Shown in pieces: positions 14,184 through 15,073 of a stretch of 15,073 bases of DNA. The notes beneath the pieces are model-generated. The model was not told the DNA's origin. It ran no database searches and was given only the letters and a program-made list of their open reading frames with translations. The position numbers and the translations under genes are program-made. The first letter of the stretch is position 1; each line of letters opens with the position of its first letter. The stretch spans positions 1-15,073 of the forward strand of contig JAYPJE010000079.1 of the NCBI GenBank assembly GCA_038128265.1, read 5' to 3'. The DNA is from Gemmatimonadota bacterium (GTDB lineage: Bacteria > Latescibacterota > UBA2968 > UBA8231).

Positions 14184-15017
14184 CTACTCGCGCCGCGGCG
14201 TAACGACGGTCACGCCATCGTCTTCAATAAGCGGGCGGTCGTATATGTAGGGTGGTTCGAGGACGGCCTGCTGCGCTTCTGTCAACTCAGACACCCAATC
14301 TGGCTGACTGGTCTGGTAAGAGCCGCCGGCAAAGTGCAGGTATTTGGGACTGTAGCGGTAGAGCAGCGAACGGCGCTCGTGTTCGGCCGTCCACGGCAGC
14401 GTGCCGTGCAGCGTGGCTTCGTTGAAGATGACCATATCGCCTGCTTTACAGGGCACGTTATAAACCACTTCGCGGTGTTCATCCCAAGTGCGTATGGCTT
14501 CCGGGCAGGAAAAATTGGCCTTGTGGCTGCCGGGAATGCAGGCAAATCCACCGTCGCCCTCGTTGACGTCGGTGAGCTGGAACTGGCATACAATCATTCC
14601 GCAGCGCATGACGCCGTTGGCGTATTCGTAGTACTGCGAACCGTCAAAAACACGGCTCGTCGAACCGTGCAGGACAAGGCCTTCCGTGCCTTTGCCGCCG
14701 GTCAGCATAAAGGGCGCGTGATCCATTTTCCAGCCGCGCCCGAAAAAGGTGTTCAAGTAGGGAATCAGCTTCTTGTGCGCCAGCAGATCGCGGAAAGGCA
14801 GGCAGTGCGGCTTGTCCCACTGCAGCATATTGGTGAACATACCGCGGCGCAGCGGGCCGTGGGTGCTGCCGTGCGGTGCGTGGTTGGGATCGTCGCGGCG
14901 CTGGTCCCAGTTGGCGTCAAACGCATCATTGAGGGCGCCGACCTCTTCGGCGCTGAGAAAGTTGGGAACCTTGAGAAAGCCCTGCAAATCAAAGAGAAAT
15001 TTTTCCGTGTCGTTCAT
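14184..15017 (-). CDS. Phytanoyl-CoA dioxygenase (PhyH) family Fe(II)/2-oxoglutarate enzyme
   Basis: 'FDLQGFLKVPNFLS', 'LTDV...DGGFACIPGSHK', 'AGDMVIFNEATLHGT', 'RRSLLYRY'. The first iron-ligand motif reads LHGS. Confidence 0.9.
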   Translation of the reverse strand: MNDTEKFLFDLQGFLKVPNFLSAEEVGALNDAFDANWDQRRDDPNHAPHGSTHGPLRRGMFTNMLQWDKPHCLPFRDLLAHKKLIPYLNTFFGRGWKMDHAPFMLTGGKGTEGLVLHGSTSRVFDGSQYYEYANGVMRCGMIVCQFQLTDVNEGDGGFACIPGSHKANFSCPEAIRTWDEHREVVYNVPCKAGDMVIFNEATLHGTLPWTAEHERRSLLYRYSPKYLHFAGGSYQTSQPDWVSELTEAQQAVLEPPYIYDRPLIEDDGVTVVTPRRE

Positions 15018-15073
15018 GCGTATGGCCTCGCTTTGTAAATGCGCACTGGGTGAGAATGCGGCTAAAGTAGGCT

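Overview
GC-rich bacterial chromosomal segment densely packed with mostly unrelated metabolic and envelope genes. In order: a 5'-truncated gamma-glutamyltransferase, an SGNH hydrolase coupled to a SAM methyltransferase, a MATE transporter, a Yip1 membrane protein, a beta-lactamase-fold serine hydrolase, a Gfo/Idh/MocA oxidoreductase, a second SGNH hydrolase, an M14 zinc carboxypeptidase, stand-alone MnmD, a GNAT, a third SGNH protein, a DUF481-like outer-membrane barrel, mannonate dehydratase UxuA and a PhyH-family Fe/2OG enzyme. The barrel implies a diderm host. I saw no transposase, integrase, CRISPR array, tRNA or rRNA. The standout is the only large intergenic gap (8164-8624). It holds a ~9% GC AT tract, then an exact sigma28 (FliA/SigD/WhiG) promoter on the minus strand (TAAA-N15-GCCGATAT). 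Directly downstream is ~270 nt of heavily base-paired sequence with no convincing ORF, which ends where a separate sigma70-like promoter for the next gene begins. I read this as a candidate stand-alone sigma28-dependent structured ncRNA that I cannot assign to a family I know. Secondary points are a probable ATC start codon on the MATE gene and a PhyH enzyme with H-G-S in place of the HxD iron motif. All calls come from motif recognition and manual base-pairing; no searches or folding programs were run.
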